Positions 36,422 through 47,429 of a stretch of 64,000 nucleotides of DNA are shown one piece after another (position 1 is the stretch's first letter; every line of letters starts with the position of its first letter). The notes under the pieces were generated by a model, which saw nothing but the letters and a program-made list of their open reading frames with translations, had not been told where the DNA came from and did not search any database. The position numbers and the translations under genes are program-made. The stretch is taken from assembly GCA_017941355.1 (NCBI GenBank), contig JAGAWN010000045.1, positions 19,711 through 83,710 of the forward strand, written 5' to 3'. The DNA is from Ruminiclostridium sp. Lineage in GTDB: Bacteria > Bacillota > Clostridia > Oscillospirales > Ruminococcaceae.

Positions 36422-37198
36422 ATGGGACAGAAAGTTAATCCCCACGGTCTCAGAGTAGGCGTTATCAAGGATTGGGATTCCCGCTGGTTTGCCGGAAAAT
36501 CCACCTTTGGCGACACACTCGTTGAGGACTACAAGATTCGTGAGTTTTTAAAGAAAAAACTCTATAAGGCAGGTATCCCCTCTATCGAAATCGAGAGAGA
36601 CGCTGCCAAGGTCAAAGTAAACATCGCCTGCGCTAAACCCGGTATGGTTATCGGTCAGAAAGGCGCAGAGATCGAGAAGCTCAGAGGCGAACTTGAAAAG
36701 CTCACAAAGGGCAAAACAGTCCTTGTGAACATCATCGAGGTAAAGAACCCTGACCTCTCCGCACAGCTTGTTGCAGAGAACATAGCTTCTCAGCTTGAAG
36801 CCCGTGTATCTTTCAGACGCGCTATGAAGTCCTGCATCGGCAGAACCATGAAGCTCGGCGCAAAGGGTATCAAGACTCAGGTAGCAGGCCGTCTCGGCGG
36901 TGCCGAGATCGCTCGTTCCGAGAGCTACCATGAGGGTACTATCCCGCTCCAGACACTGCGTGCGGATATCGACTACGGCGTAGCAAGAGCAAATACCACA
37001 TACGGCGTTATCGGCGTTAAGGTATGGATCTACAAGGGCGAAGTACTCAAGGGTGAGGTTCGTGAGAACAGACCCGAAAGACCCGAGAGAAGAAGAAGAA
37101 ACGACAGGAATGACAGAAACGGCGATACAAGAAGACCCCGCCGTCCGAGAAATTCCGACAGACCCGAGAGAAATAACAACGAAGGGGGTAATGAATAA
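36422..37198 (+). CDS. rpsC: 30S ribosomal protein S3 with an R/D/N-rich C-terminal extension
   Basis: 258 aa. [13 protein letters not shown]. The last ~45 aa read [45 protein letters not shown]. Confidence 0.97.
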   Translation: MGQKVNPHGLRVGVIKDWDSRWFAGKSTFGDTLVEDYKIREFLKKKLYKAGIPSIEIERDAAKVKVNIACAKPGMVIGQKGAEIEKLRGELEKLTKGKTVLVNIIEVKNPDLSAQLVAENIASQLEARVSFRRAMKSCIGRTMKLGAKGIKTQVAGRLGGAEIARSESYHEGTIPLQTLRADIDYGVARANTTYGVIGVKVWIYKGEVLKGEVRENRPERPERRRRNDRNDRNGDTRRPRRPRNSDRPERNNNEGGNE

Positions 37199-37620
37199 TG
37201 TTACTTCCAAAGAGAGTAAAGTACAGAAGACAGCAGAGAGGCAGAATGACCGGTAAGGCTCTGCGCGGAAACAAGGTATCCAACGGAGATTACGGTCTGC
37301 AGGCTCTTGAGCCGGCATGGATAACCTCCAACCAGATCGAGGCTGCCCGTATCGCGATGACACGTTACATCAAGAGAGGCGGTCAGGTATGGATCAAGAT
37401 CTTCCCCGACAAGCCCGTTACGGAAAAGCCTGCCGAGACACGAATGGGTTCCGGTAAAGGTTCGCCCGAGTACTGGGTAGCTGTTGTAAAGCCCGGCAGA
37501 GTTCTCTTTGAGATCGCGGGCGTTTCCGAAGATGTGGCAAGAGAGGCTATGCGTCTCGCAATGCACAAGCTTCCTATCAAGTGCAAGTTTGTCGCAAAGG
37601 AAAAGGAGGCTGAGGAATAA
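37198..37620 (+). CDS. rplP: 50S ribosomal protein L16
   Basis: 140 aa. [17 protein letters not shown]. Confidence 0.98.
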   Translation: MLLPKRVKYRRQQRGRMTGKALRGNKVSNGDYGLQALEPAWITSNQIEAARIAMTRYIKRGGQVWIKIFPDKPVTEKPAETRMGSGKGSPEYWVAVVKPGRVLFEIAGVSEDVAREAMRLAMHKLPIKCKFVAKEKEAEE

Positions 37621-37826
37621 TGAAGAAGATCACAAAGGAAATCAGAGATCTTTCCGAGCTTGAACTGCAGAACAGAGCCACAGAGCTTAAGCAGGAGCTT
37701 TTCAACCTTCGCTTCCAGCTTGCGGTCAATCAGCTTGACAACCCCACAAGAATCAAGGCTGTCAAGAAGGAGATCGCAATCATCAAGACAATACAGCGTG
37801 AGCGCGAGCTTGCGGCTAAGAGCTGA
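37620..37826 (+). CDS. rpmC: 50S ribosomal protein L29
   Basis: 68 aa. [14 protein letters not shown]. Confidence 0.95.
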   Translation: MKKITKEIRDLSELELQNRATELKQELFNLRFQLAVNQLDNPTRIKAVKKEIAIIKTIQRERELAAKS

Positions 37827-37843
37827 GGAGGGAGGAAGTCACA

Positions 37844-38101
37844 ATGGAAGAAAGAAATCTCAGAAAGACAAGAGTCGGCGAGGTAGTAAGCAACAAGATG
37901 GACAAGACCATCGTTGTAGCTATCAAGGATAACGTCCGCCACCCTCTCTATAAGAAGATCATCAAGCGTACTATAAAGCTCAAGGCTCACGACGAAGAGA
38001 ACACCTGCAATATAGGCGATACCGTTGAGATCATGGAGACAAGACCCCTCTCCAAGGACAAGAGATGGCGCCTCGTCAGCGTGATCGAGAGAGCTAAGTA
38101 A
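37844..38101 (+). CDS. rpsQ: 30S ribosomal protein S17
   Basis: 85 aa. [19 protein letters not shown]. Confidence 0.97.
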   Translation: MEERNLRKTRVGEVVSNKMDKTIVVAIKDNVRHPLYKKIIKRTIKLKAHDEENTCNIGDTVEIMETRPLSKDKRWRLVSVIERAK

Positions 38102-38120
38102 GCGGAAGGAGCATAAGAAC

Positions 38121-38489
38121 ATGATTCAGATGCAGACACGCCTCAAGGTCGCTGATAACACAGGAGCTAAAGAGCTTATGTGCATCAGAGTCCTTGGAGG
38201 TACTCGCAGAAAATACGCCAATATAGGCGATATAATCGTCGCTTCCGTTAAGAAGGCGACTCCCGGCGGCACCGTAAAGAAGGGCGACGTTGTAAAGTGC
38301 GTTATCGTCCGTTCGGCAACGGGTCTCAGAAGAAACGACGGAACATATATCCGCTTCGATGAGAACGCAGCCGTTATCATCAAGGAAGACAAGACTCCCA
38401 GAGGTACTCGTATCTTTGGACCGGTAGCAAGAGAACTTCGTGAGAAGGACTTCATGAAGATCCTGTCCCTTGCTCCCGAGGTATTATAA
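38121..38489 (+). CDS. rplN: 50S ribosomal protein L14
   Basis: 122 aa. [18 protein letters not shown]. Confidence 0.98.
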   Translation: MIQMQTRLKVADNTGAKELMCIRVLGGTRRKYANIGDIIVASVKKATPGGTVKKGDVVKCVIVRSATGLRRNDGTYIRFDENAAVIIKEDKTPRGTRIFGPVARELREKDFMKILSLAPEVL

Positions 38490-38502
38490 GGGAGGTCGGA
38501 AC

Positions 38503-38817
38503 ATGAACAAGATCCACGTAAAAACCGGTGACGAAGTACAGATAATCTCCGGAAAGGACAAGGGCAAGACCGGTAAGGTGCTACAGGTGTCCCCCTCCGA
38601 GGGCAAGGTCATCGTTGAAGGCTGCAATATGGTAACAAAGCACGTCAAGGCAAGACAGCAGGGTCAGCTCAGCGGCATAGTAAAGGCTGAAGGCGCTCTC
38701 TATGCAAGCAAGGTAATGCCCGTTTGCCCCAAGTGCAAGAAGCCCGTTCGCGTTGGCAGCGAGATCAGAAACGACAAGAAGGTCAGAGTTTGCAAGAAGT
38801 GCGGCGCTGAACTCTGA
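38503..38817 (+). CDS. rplX: 50S ribosomal protein L24
   Basis: Start reassigned to MNKIHVKTGDEVQIISGKDKGKTGKV (KOW motif). C-terminal CPKC...CKKC. Confidence 0.96.
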   Translation: MNKIHVKTGDEVQIISGKDKGKTGKVLQVSPSEGKVIVEGCNMVTKHVKARQQGQLSGIVKAEGALYASKVMPVCPKCKKPVRVGSEIRNDKKVRVCKKCGAEL

Positions 38818-38967
38818 GCGCAGACTTGACGGAGCGGTCGGACAGATGAGCCGGGTGCGGGGTACAAAGAATGTCGGTGCGCAGTGCCGGAAAGCAGCAC
38901 TGTGACCGCCGCAAAGGTACGCCCCCCCCGTGCGGTAACCGGCTTCCGTCGGTAAGGAGAAAATAAA

Positions 38968-39507
38968 ATGTCAACAATGAAAACCTATTATAAGGAGACC
39001 GTTGCTCCCGCACTTTTCAAGAAGTTCGGCTACAAGAGCGTAATGGAAACTCCGAAGCTCGATAAGATCGTAATAAACGTAGGCTGCGGCGAAGCTAAGG
39101 ATGATCAGAAGAAGATCGACGCCATTATGGGCGATCTTGCACAGATCACAGGTCAGAAGCCTGTTATCTGCCGCGCTAAGAAGGCTATTGCGAACTTCAA
39201 ACTCAGAGAGGGCAACATCATCGGTGTCAAGGTCACTCTCAGAGGCGAGGTAATGTATGAATTCCTCGACAGATTCTTCAATATCGCACTCCCCCGTGTG
39301 CGCGACTTCAGAGGTATCAACCCCAACTCGTTCGACGGCAGAGGCAACTACAGCGTCGGTATCAAGGAACAGCTCATATTCCCCGAAATAGATTATGAGA
39401 AGATCGACGCTATCCGCGGTATGGACATCAACTTTGTAACAACAGCTAAGACAGACGAAGAGGCCAAAGAGCTGCTTACGCTCATGGGCGCTCCGTTCGC
39501 CAAATAA
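38968..39507 (+). CDS. rplE: 50S ribosomal protein L5
   Basis: 179 aa. [15 protein letters not shown]. Confidence 0.97.
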   Translation: MSTMKTYYKETVAPALFKKFGYKSVMETPKLDKIVINVGCGEAKDDQKKIDAIMGDLAQITGQKPVICRAKKAIANFKLREGNIIGVKVTLRGEVMYEFLDRFFNIALPRVRDFRGINPNSFDGRGNYSVGIKEQLIFPEIDYEKIDAIRGMDINFVTTAKTDEEAKELLTLMGAPFAK

Positions 39508-39527
39508 GAAAGGTTAAGGAATTAAAC

Positions 39528-39713
39528 ATGGCAAAGAAATCAATAGTTGCAAAACAGCAGCGCCCTGCAAAATTTTCTACCCGTTCTTATAACAGATGCA
39601 AAATATGCGGCAGACCTCATGCATATCTCCGTAAGTTCGGAATTTGCAGAATTTGCTTCAGAGAACTCGCTTACAAGGGTCAGATCCCCGGAGTGAAGAA
39701 GGCAAGCTGGTAA
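39528..39713 (+). CDS. rpsN: 30S ribosomal protein S14 type Z (zinc-binding)
   Basis: 61 aa. [23 protein letters not shown]. Confidence 0.97.
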   Translation: MAKKSIVAKQQRPAKFSTRSYNRCKICGRPHAYLRKFGICRICFRELAYKGQIPGVKKASW

Positions 39714-39746
39714 TTTTTCATCAATTAATTAAGGAGGAAGCAGAAA

Positions 39747-40145
39747 ATGCAGATTACTGATACTATCGCAGATATGCTTACAAGAATCCGCAATGCGAGT
39801 GCGGCTAAGCACCCGACAATAGATGTTCCCTGCTCCAACGTCAAGAAGCAGATAGCTCAGATCCTCGTAGATGAAGGCTATATCAAGAACTTCCGCGTTA
39901 TCGAGGACAACAAGCAGGGTATCATCCGGATAACCTTGAAGTACACTGAGAATAAGTCACAGGTTATTACAGGCTTACGCAGAGTAAGTAAGCCGGGTTT
40001 AAGAATTTACTCGAACTGCAAGGATATGCCCAAGGTTATGAAGGGACTCGGTATCGCTATCGTCTCCACTTCCAAGGGTATCATGACCGACAAGAAGGCA
40101 AGAGAGCTTCATGTCGGCGGCGAGATCCTCGCGTTTGTATGGTAA
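39747..40145 (+). CDS. rpsH: 30S ribosomal protein S8
   Basis: 132 aa. [13 protein letters not shown]. Confidence 0.98.
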   Translation: MQITDTIADMLTRIRNASAAKHPTIDVPCSNVKKQIAQILVDEGYIKNFRVIEDNKQGIIRITLKYTENKSQVITGLRRVSKPGLRIYSNCKDMPKVMKGLGIAIVSTSKGIMTDKKARELHVGGEILAFVW

Positions 40146-40157
40146 GGAGGAACAGAT

Positions 40158-40703
40158 ATGTCAAGAATTGGTAAACACCCGATTACTGTTCCCGCAGGCG
40201 TAGAGGTAAAGGTTGACGGTTCCACAGTAACGGTAAAAGGACCCAAGGGCACACTCACCAAGGAGTTCAAGCCCTCGATGAAAATAACCGCAGAAAACGG
40301 AGAGATCAAGGTAGAGCGTCCCGATGACGAAGCAGCTAACCGCTCGCTCCACGGTCTTACAAGAACACTCATCAATAACATGGTGATAGGCGTTACCGAG
40401 GGCTTCAAGAAGCAGCTCGAGATCAACGGTGTCGGCTACAGATGCCAGAAGCAGGGTAAGGATCTTATCCTTAACATAGGCTACTCACATCAGGTAGTAG
40501 TTTCCGATACAGACGATATCAAGATCGAGGCTCCCCAGCCCAACCAGATCATCATCACAGGTATCGACAAGCAGAAGGTAGGACAGTTCGCTGCTGAGGT
40601 AAGAGCTAAGCGTCCCCCCGAGCCGTACAAGGGCAAGGGCATAAAGTATGTCGATGAAGTGATCCGTCGTAAAGAGGGAAAAGCCGGTAAGGGCAAGAAA
40701 TAA
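40158..40703 (+). CDS. rplF: 50S ribosomal protein L6
   Basis: 181 aa. MSRIGKHPITVPAGV. Confidence 0.98.
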   Translation: MSRIGKHPITVPAGVEVKVDGSTVTVKGPKGTLTKEFKPSMKITAENGEIKVERPDDEAANRSLHGLTRTLINNMVIGVTEGFKKQLEINGVGYRCQKQGKDLILNIGYSHQVVVSDTDDIKIEAPQPNQIIITGIDKQKVGQFAAEVRAKRPPEPYKGKGIKYVDEVIRRKEGKAGKGKK

Positions 40704-40723
40704 AACATAAGGAGTGATAATAA

Positions 40724-41083
40724 ATGATCAAGCAGATAGACAGCAATAAGAACAGAATAAAGCGTCATCAGAGAGTCAGAAACAAGATCTCCGGTACAGC
40801 TTCCTGTCCGCGCCTTAATGTTTTCCGTTCCGCAAAGAACATCTATGCTCAGCTTATCGACGACGAAGCAGGTGTTACACTCTGCGCGGCTTCCTCTAAC
40901 GAGAAGAGCTTCACCGAGTACGGCGGAAACTGTGAGGCAGCCAAGAAGGTAGGCCTCGCTCTTGCGGAAAGAGCAAAGGGCAAGGGTATAACCGATGTGG
41001 TATTTGACCGCTCCGGCTATATCTACCACGGAAGAGTTGCAGCGCTCGCAGACGGTGCGCGCGAAGGCGGACTCAATTTCTAA
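40724..41083 (+). CDS. rplR: 50S ribosomal protein L18
   Basis: 119 aa. [18 protein letters not shown]. Confidence 0.97.
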   Translation: MIKQIDSNKNRIKRHQRVRNKISGTASCPRLNVFRSAKNIYAQLIDDEAGVTLCAASSNEKSFTEYGGNCEAAKKVGLALAERAKGKGITDVVFDRSGYIYHGRVAALADGAREGGLNF

Positions 41084-41104
41084 TAAATACAGGAGGATAA
41101 AGCT

Positions 41105-41605
41105 TTGGCACTTATAGATGCATCTAAATATGAACTTTCCGAAAAAGTCGTTGCCATAAACCGTGTATCCAAGACTGTCAAGGGCGGACGTATAATGAAG
41201 TTCTCCGCACTCGTAGTTGTAGGAAACCAGGACGGCATCGTAGGCTTCGGTCTCGGTAAGTCAAACGAAGTTCCCGATGCTATTCGCAAGGGCATCGAGG
41301 ACGCCAAGAAGAACCTTATCAAGGTTTCGCTCAAAGGCACAACGATCCCCCATGAGACTGTCGGCAAGTTCGGCGCAGGAGCGGTTCTTATGAGACCCGC
41401 TCCCGAGGGTACCGGCGTTATTGCGGGCGGTCCCGTCCGTTCCGTGGTCGAAATGGCAGGTATCAAGAATATCCGTACAAAGTCGCTTCGTTCCAACAAC
41501 CCCTGCAATGTTGTAAGAGCAACTATCGCAGGTCTTGCATCTCTCAGAGACGCAGAGCAGGTAGCGGCTATCCGCGGTAAGACTGTTAAGGAAATTTTAG
41601 GCTGA
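41105..41605 (+). CDS. rpsE: 30S ribosomal protein S5
   Basis: 166 aa, TTG start. [27 protein letters not shown]. Confidence 0.97.
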   Translation: MALIDASKYELSEKVVAINRVSKTVKGGRIMKFSALVVVGNQDGIVGFGLGKSNEVPDAIRKGIEDAKKNLIKVSLKGTTIPHETVGKFGAGAVLMRPAPEGTGVIAGGPVRSVVEMAGIKNIRTKSLRSNNPCNVVRATIAGLASLRDAEQVAAIRGKTVKEILG

Positions 41606-41622
41606 ACCGGAGGTAAAAAGTT

Positions 41623-41790
41623 ATGAAGATAAAACTCGTAAAATCTCTTATCGGCCGCAAGGACAGCCATATCGCGACTGCAAAGTCTCTCGGTCTCAGA
41701 AAGATCGGCGATGTTACCGAGCAGCCCGATAACGCGGCTACAAAGGGAAAGATCAACGAGATAAAGTACCTCGTTGAAGTCATAGACTGA
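41623..41790 (+). CDS. rpmD: 50S ribosomal protein L30
   Basis: Below the ORF-track size cutoff and found by hand. 55 aa: [30 protein letters not shown]... RBS GGAGG. Lies between rpsE and rplO. Confidence 0.93.
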   Translation: MKIKLVKSLIGRKDSHIATAKSLGLRKIGDVTEQPDNAATKGKINEIKYLVEVID

Positions 41791-41807
41791 AATCAGGAGG
41801 TGTAACA

Positions 41808-42251
41808 ATGAAGCTGCACGAATTATCTCCTGCCGAGGGCGCAACAAAAGAAGTAAAGCGCATAGGACGCGGACACGGTTCCGGTCAGGGCAAAACGGCA
41901 GGTAAAGGTCACAAGGGTCAGTGGGCTCGTTCAGGCGGCGGCGTAAAGCCCGGATTTGAGGGCGGTCAGACAAAGCTTGCCATGCGTATCCCTAAGCGCG
42001 GATTCAACAATATCTTCGCAACCGAATATGCGACCGTAAATGTGTCAGACCTCGAAGCACGCTTTGAGAGCGGTGCAGAGATCGACGCTCAGGCACTCGT
42101 TGATTCCGGACTCATCAAGAAAACACTTGACGGTATCAAAATTCTCGGAAAAGGCGAACTGACAAAGAGCTTTACCGTTAAAGCTTCCAAATTTACCGCA
42201 TCTGCTGCGGAAAAAATCGAAAAGGCAGGCGGAAAGGCTGAGGTGGTATAA
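41808..42251 (+). CDS. rplO: 50S ribosomal protein L15
   Basis: 147 aa. [19 protein letters not shown]. Confidence 0.97.
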   Translation: MKLHELSPAEGATKEVKRIGRGHGSGQGKTAGKGHKGQWARSGGGVKPGFEGGQTKLAMRIPKRGFNNIFATEYATVNVSDLEARFESGAEIDAQALVDSGLIKKTLDGIKILGKGELTKSFTVKASKFTASAAEKIEKAGGKAEVV

Positions 42252-43537
42252 TGTTTGAAGTCTTTCGTAATGCGTGGAAGGATCTGAACCTGCGCAAAAA
42301 GATTTTATACACATTATTTATCATCGTTATTTTCCGCTTCGGATCGAATATCTTCGTTCCGTTCCTCGATATGACAGCTATCAAGGACATGATGGGTGAT
42401 GAATCTCTTCTCGGATTCCTCGATACCATGACCGGCGGCTCTCTCTCGAACGGTACGCTGCTTGCAATGTCGATCACCCCGTATATCAACGCTTCCATTA
42501 TCATACAGCTTCTCGCAGTCGCCATTCCGGCACTCGAGAAGATGCAGAAGGAAGGCGATGAAGGGCGCAAGCGTCTGAACCTGATAACCAAGCTGACATC
42601 GCTCGGTCTTGCGATCATGCAGGCGGTAGGCTTCTATGTTCTGCTCAGAACAAGAGGAGCTGTCAAGTACACCGACGGCTTTGACGGAGTCCTCGCGGCG
42701 ATCACGATAGTTATCTGCTTCGTGGCAGGTGCTTCGCTGATAATCTGGCTCGGAGATCAGATCAATGAAAAGGGTATCGGAAACGGTATCTCAATGATAC
42801 TCTTCGCGGGTATCGTAGCAAGAATGCCGGTTTCGGCATATTCTCTCGTTCAGTCTATGACAGCGGACATGAAGAACGCGATCCTTGTTCCGATCATCGG
42901 AATAATCTTCGTCGTTATGATCGGTCTTGTTGTACTGATGACAAACGCTGAGAGAAGGATCCCTGTTCAGTACGCTAAGCGCGTGGTCGGAAGAAAAATG
43001 TACGGCGGTCAGTCCTCCTACATTCCGATCAAGGTCGCAATGGCAGGCGTTATGCCGATCATCTTTGCGATGTCGGTAATGGCTCTCCCGCAGACGATAT
43101 GCTCGTTCTTCGGTATCTACGGAGACGGCGATACGTTCTGGGACGGCTTTGTAAGACTTTTCAGCCAGGCAAGCTGGCTGTACGCGATCATCTACTTTGT
43201 TCTCATCATTCTTTTCAACTATTTCTACATTGCTATCCAGTACAATCCGGTGGAGATCGCAAACAACCTCAAGAAAAACAACGGTGCTATACCGGGAATA
43301 CGTCCCGGAAAGCCTACTGCGGATTTCATCACAAATTCGCTCTCAAAGATCTCGCTTATCGGTGCTATGTTCTTAGCTTTCATAGCTATATTCCCGATAA
43401 TTTTCAGACAGCTTACAAACATCAACATCTCCCTCGGCGGCACAACAATGCTGATCCTCGTAGGTGTTGCGCTTGAAACTGTACGTTCGCTCGAAAGCCA
43501 GATGATGATGCGTCATCACAAGGGCTTCCTCGAATAA
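42251..43537 (+). CDS. secY: Preprotein translocase subunit SecY
   Basis: 428 aa with 10 TM helices. ITPYINASIIIQLL. Confidence 0.97.
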   Translation: MFEVFRNAWKDLNLRKKILYTLFIIVIFRFGSNIFVPFLDMTAIKDMMGDESLLGFLDTMTGGSLSNGTLLAMSITPYINASIIIQLLAVAIPALEKMQKEGDEGRKRLNLITKLTSLGLAIMQAVGFYVLLRTRGAVKYTDGFDGVLAAITIVICFVAGASLIIWLGDQINEKGIGNGISMILFAGIVARMPVSAYSLVQSMTADMKNAILVPIIGIIFVVMIGLVVLMTNAERRIPVQYAKRVVGRKMYGGQSSYIPIKVAMAGVMPIIFAMSVMALPQTICSFFGIYGDGDTFWDGFVRLFSQASWLYAIIYFVLIILFNYFYIAIQYNPVEIANNLKKNNGAIPGIRPGKPTADFITNSLSKISLIGAMFLAFIAIFPIIFRQLTNINISLGGTTMLILVGVALETVRSLESQMMMRHHKGFLE

Positions 43538-43581
43538 TCAACCTGTCGGTCAATGTTTGACCGCATAGATAAGGAGAAAAT

Positions 43582-44214
43582 ATGAACCTGATCTTTTTAG
43601 GCGCTCCCGGCGCAGGAAAAGGAACACAGGCGGAGATCGTCTGCGAAAAGCTCGGAATTCCCGCTTTATCAACGGGAAATATGCTCAGAGAAGCGGTAAA
43701 GAACGGTACTCCTACCGGAATTGCCGCAAAAGAGTATATGGACAGGGGTGACCTTGTTCCGGACGAGATCGTTATAGGGATCCTCAAGGACAGAATTGCC
43801 AAGGACGATGCTAAGAACGGCTTTATCCTCGACGGTTTTCCGAGAACGGTTGCTCAGGCAGAGGCTCTCGAAAATATGGGAGTGAATATTGACAAGGTTA
43901 TCGAGATCTACGTTCCCGACGACAAGATCTGCGCAAGACTTTCCGGAAGAAGAGTCTGCGAGAGCTGCGGTGCTTCCTACCACATCGAACACAAGCCTAC
44001 CAAGCAGGACGGCGTGTGCGACAGCTGCGGAGGCAAGGTTGTACAGAGAGTTGACGATAAGCCCGAAACGGTGCTTTCAAGACTTGAGACATACCACGAA
44101 AAGACCGCTCCCCTCAAGGACTACTATCAGGCTAAGGGCAAGCTCAAGACCGTTATAGGTCAGGACGGTATCTCCGATACCGCAAAGCTCACCCTCGAAG
44201 CCATAGAAGGGTAA
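43582..44214 (+). CDS. adk: Adenylate kinase (zinc-lid type)
   Basis: 210 aa. GAPGAGKGTQ P-loop and lid CESC...CDSC. Confidence 0.97.
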   Translation: MNLIFLGAPGAGKGTQAEIVCEKLGIPALSTGNMLREAVKNGTPTGIAAKEYMDRGDLVPDEIVIGILKDRIAKDDAKNGFILDGFPRTVAQAEALENMGVNIDKVIEIYVPDDKICARLSGRRVCESCGASYHIEHKPTKQDGVCDSCGGKVVQRVDDKPETVLSRLETYHEKTAPLKDYYQAKGKLKTVIGQDGISDTAKLTLEAIEG

Positions 44215-44222
44215 GTAACTGA

Positions 44223-44978
44223 ATGATAAAGATCAAGTCATCGGCGGAGCTCCGGAAAATGATGGCTTCAAATGAGATCGCCGCACAGGCTCTGGCGCTT
44301 GCGGGAAGATCCATAAGAGCCGGAATGAGTACATGGGAGCTTGACAAAATAATTCACGATTTTATCGTAAGCAAGGGTGCGATACCCTCATCTCTCGGAT
44401 ATGCGGGTTTCCCGAACAGTGCCTGCATCTCCGTGAACGAGGAGCTTATCCACGGTATCCCCTCCAAAAAGAAGATCATCAAGGAGGGCGATATCGTAAC
44501 GGTTGATGTCACAACTCTCTACAAAGGCTGGCAGGGTGATAACGCCCGCACTTTCAAAGTCGGCACTGTCTCCCCTGAGGCGGAAAGACTGATGAAGGTG
44601 ACCGAGGAGGCACTGTTCATCGGAATTGAGCAGGCTGTTCCCGGAAACCGCGTCGGCGATATCTCAGCAGCAGTCCAGCAGCACGTTGAAAGCAACGGAT
44701 ACCACGTCGTAAGACAGTATGTGGGACACGGCATAGGTACGGAAATGCACGAGGATCCGGAAGTTCCGAACTTCGGCAAAGCAGGAAGAGGTCCGAGACT
44801 TGTTCCCGGAATGACGATCTGCATCGAGCCTATGGTAAACGAGAGTACGCCCGAAGTAAGGGTACTCGATGATAAATGGACAGTTGTGGAAGCTAACGGA
44901 AAACTCAGCGCTCATTTTGAACACTGTATCGCAATAACAAACGATAAGCCTGTCATTTTAACGCTTGAATCGCATTGA
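44223..44978 (+). CDS. map: Type I methionine aminopeptidase
   Basis: 251 aa. YVGHGIG and the metal-ligand pattern D..D..H..E..E. Confidence 0.95.
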   Translation: MIKIKSSAELRKMMASNEIAAQALALAGRSIRAGMSTWELDKIIHDFIVSKGAIPSSLGYAGFPNSACISVNEELIHGIPSKKKIIKEGDIVTVDVTTLYKGWQGDNARTFKVGTVSPEAERLMKVTEEALFIGIEQAVPGNRVGDISAAVQQHVESNGYHVVRQYVGHGIGTEMHEDPEVPNFGKAGRGPRLVPGMTICIEPMVNESTPEVRVLDDKWTVVEANGKLSAHFEHCIAITNDKPVILTLESH

Positions 44979-44988
44979 CGGTGTATGT

Positions 44989-45249
44989 ATGGAGCTTTTA
45001 AAAGGAACTGTGGTAATAAGCAGAGCGGGACGGGATAAAGGGTATCCGCTGGCGGTGGTGGGATTTGAAGACAAGTTCGTTCTCGTTGCCGACGGAAAGG
45101 AAAGACCTCTCTCGCGACCCAAGAAGAAAAATCCGATGCACCTCGCCGTGACTAAAAAGACGGTAAGCGTGGAAGGCGTTTCAGACAAAGCGCTGCGGCG
45201 TGCTCTCAGAGAGTATTTTAACGGTAAGACAATACAGGAGTGTGAATAA
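44989..45249 (+). CDS. KOW-motif small protein (conserved between map and infA in Clostridia)
   Basis: Start reassigned to [25 protein letters not shown], 86 aa. Confidence 0.7.
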   Translation: MELLKGTVVISRAGRDKGYPLAVVGFEDKFVLVADGKERPLSRPKKKNPMHLAVTKKTVSVEGVSDKALRRALREYFNGKTIQECE

Positions 45250-45251
45250 GC

Positions 45252-45470
45252 TTGTCTAAAGAAGATGTGATCGAAGTAGAGGGAACAATACTTGAGGCAT
45301 TGCCAAACGCTACGTTTCAGGTAGAGCTCCAGAACGGACATAAGATACTGGCTCATGTAAGCGGTAAGCTCAGAATGAATTTCATAAGGATCCTTCCGGG
45401 CGACAAGGTCACGGTCGAGATGTCGCCGTATGACCTCACAAAAGGACGCATTACATGGAGAGCAAAGTAA
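45252..45470 (+). CDS. infA: Translation initiation factor IF-1
   Basis: 72 aa, TTG start. [25 protein letters not shown]. Confidence 0.97.
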   Translation: MSKEDVIEVEGTILEALPNATFQVELQNGHKILAHVSGKLRMNFIRILPGDKVTVEMSPYDLTKGRITWRAK

Positions 45471-45500
45471 TTCAACCTTAACAAAAGGAGGGTTAAAACA

Positions 45501-45614
45501 ATGAAAGTAAGACCTTCGGTAAAGCCTATGTGCGATAAGTGCAAGGTAATAAAGCGCAAGGGTAAGGTTATGGTTATCTGTAAGGAACCCAAGCACAAGC
45601 AGAGACAGGGCTGA
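45501..45614 (+). CDS. rpmJ: 50S ribosomal protein L36
   Basis: Below the ORF-track cutoff and found by hand. 37 aa: [46 protein letters not shown]. Confidence 0.95.
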   Translation: MKVRPSVKPMCDKCKVIKRKGKVMVICKEPKHKQRQG

Positions 45615-45643
45615 TGCTCTGAAATTTATAGGAGGAAAAAATT

Positions 45644-46015
45644 ATGGCAAGAATCGCCGGTGTGGATCTCCCGAAGGAGAAACGTGTTGAGATCGGTCTC
45701 ACATACGTTTACGGTATCGGAAGAAAATCCGCTAATGATATTCTCGCAAAAGCAGGCGTAAATCCCGACACTCGTGTCAAGGATCTCACGGAAGAAGAAG
45801 AAGCTAAGATCCGTGAAGTCATCGACGCTGACGGTTATGTCGTTGAGGGTGACCTCAGACGTGACGTTGCGCTCAACATAAAGAGACTTGTCGAGATCAA
45901 CTGCTACAGAGGAACCCGTCACCGCAAGGGACTTCCCTGCAGAGGTCAGAGAACAAAGACCAACGCAAGAACACGCAAGGGTCCCAAGAAGACGATCGCT
46001 AACAAGAAGAAGTAA
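45644..46015 (+). CDS. rpsM: 30S ribosomal protein S13
   Basis: 123 aa. [10 protein letters not shown]. Confidence 0.98.
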   Translation: MARIAGVDLPKEKRVEIGLTYVYGIGRKSANDILAKAGVNPDTRVKDLTEEEEAKIREVIDADGYVVEGDLRRDVALNIKRLVEINCYRGTRHRKGLPCRGQRTKTNARTRKGPKKTIANKKK

Positions 46016-46029
46016 AAGGGGGTAAACAA

Positions 46030-46434
46030 ATGGCACAGGCTAAAGGCGGAAAGAAGCCGGTTGTTCGCAGACGCCGCGAAAGAAAGAATATCGAAAACGG
46101 TTCGGCGCATATCCAGTCTTCTTTCAATAACACTATTGTTACTATCACCGATCTTCAGGGCAACACACTTTCATGGGCAAGCGCAGGCGAGCTGGGATTC
46201 AGAGGATCCAGAAAGTCCACTCCGTTCGCTGCACAGTCCGCTGCTGAGACAGCCGCAAAAGCTGCTATGGAGCATGGTCTGAAGACTGTAGAAGTATATG
46301 TAAAGGGTCCCGGAGCAGGACGTGAAGCTGCTATCAGAGCTTTACAGGCCGCAGGACTTGAAGTGCGCATGATAAAGGATGTAACTCCTATCCCGCACAA
46401 CGGATGCCGTCCGCCCAAGAGAAGACGCGTCTGA
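46030..46434 (+). CDS. rpsK: 30S ribosomal protein S11
   Basis: 134 aa. [18 protein letters not shown]. Confidence 0.98.
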   Translation: MAQAKGGKKPVVRRRRERKNIENGSAHIQSSFNNTIVTITDLQGNTLSWASAGELGFRGSRKSTPFAAQSAAETAAKAAMEHGLKTVEVYVKGPGAGREAAIRALQAAGLEVRMIKDVTPIPHNGCRPPKRRRV

Positions 46435-46551
46435 TCACAAACCGAGCTTTGTGCGCCTTACGCGCACGTCCATAATTTGCTCGGAGTCAGCAGCAGTCCG
46501 TGAAGAACGAACTGCATAATGATACTTTTTAAAACAATTACGGAGGTTAAT

Positions 46552-47148
46552 ATGGCAGTTGACAGAACACCGGTGCTCAAAAGATGCAAAGCACTCGGAA
46601 TCAGCCCTATGGTTATGGGCTACGGCAAGGAAACAACAAGAAATAAGAATGCGAACCAGAGAAAGAAAGTCTCCGAATACGGACTTCAGCTTAAAGAAAA
46701 GCAGAAGCTCAAATTCATCTACGGCGTTCTCGAAAAACAGTTCTATCATTACTATGAAATGGCTGTAAAGGAAGAGGGCATCGCAGGTCACAACCTGATA
46801 AGACTTCTTGAATCCAGAATCGACAACGTTGTTTTCAGAGCAGGCTTTGCTATCACAAGACGTGAAGCAAGACAGCTGGTAGGTCACGGTCACTTCACGG
46901 TGAACGGCAAAAAGGTGGATATCCCCTCTTACAGGATCAAGGAAGGCGATGTTATCGCTCTTACCGAGAGAAGCAAGAAGAGCCCCAAATTTGCACAGGT
47001 AACAGAAGTAACCGGCGGCAGACTCATTCCCTCTTGGCTTGAAGTGAACAAGGAAGCTATGTCCGCTAAGGTAACAAGAATGCCCCAGCGTGACGAGCTC
47101 GATTACGAGATCGAAGAACAGCTTGTTATCGAGTTGTATTCTAAGTAA
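46552..47148 (+). CDS. rpsD: 30S ribosomal protein S4
   Basis: Start reassigned to MAVDRTPVLKRCKALG (GGAGG RBS), 198 aa. Confidence 0.96.
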   Translation: MAVDRTPVLKRCKALGISPMVMGYGKETTRNKNANQRKKVSEYGLQLKEKQKLKFIYGVLEKQFYHYYEMAVKEEGIAGHNLIRLLESRIDNVVFRAGFAITRREARQLVGHGHFTVNGKKVDIPSYRIKEGDVIALTERSKKSPKFAQVTEVTGGRLIPSWLEVNKEAMSAKVTRMPQRDELDYEIEEQLVIELYSK

Positions 47149-47429
47149 TAGCTTTTTGGCATATAATGCTAATGGTGCGGTTATTTTTAATTTACGATCC
47201 GACCTTATAATGCGCCGCCTGTCGAGCGTATTTATCGTGATTTAAAATTAACCGGGGCAGCCTTGTTCAATCAAAATATGATCTCTGATGAATTAAAATG
47301 CCCCTCACGAGGAGCCTGCGCAGCCGTTCTGCGCGGGTGCCTGAAAAGGCGGGCGAAAGCCCACAGACACAAAGGCTCCGGCAGGTATCTGCCCGCCGGA
47401 AGCTTTAATTACAGCAGGAGGGTCAAGGA

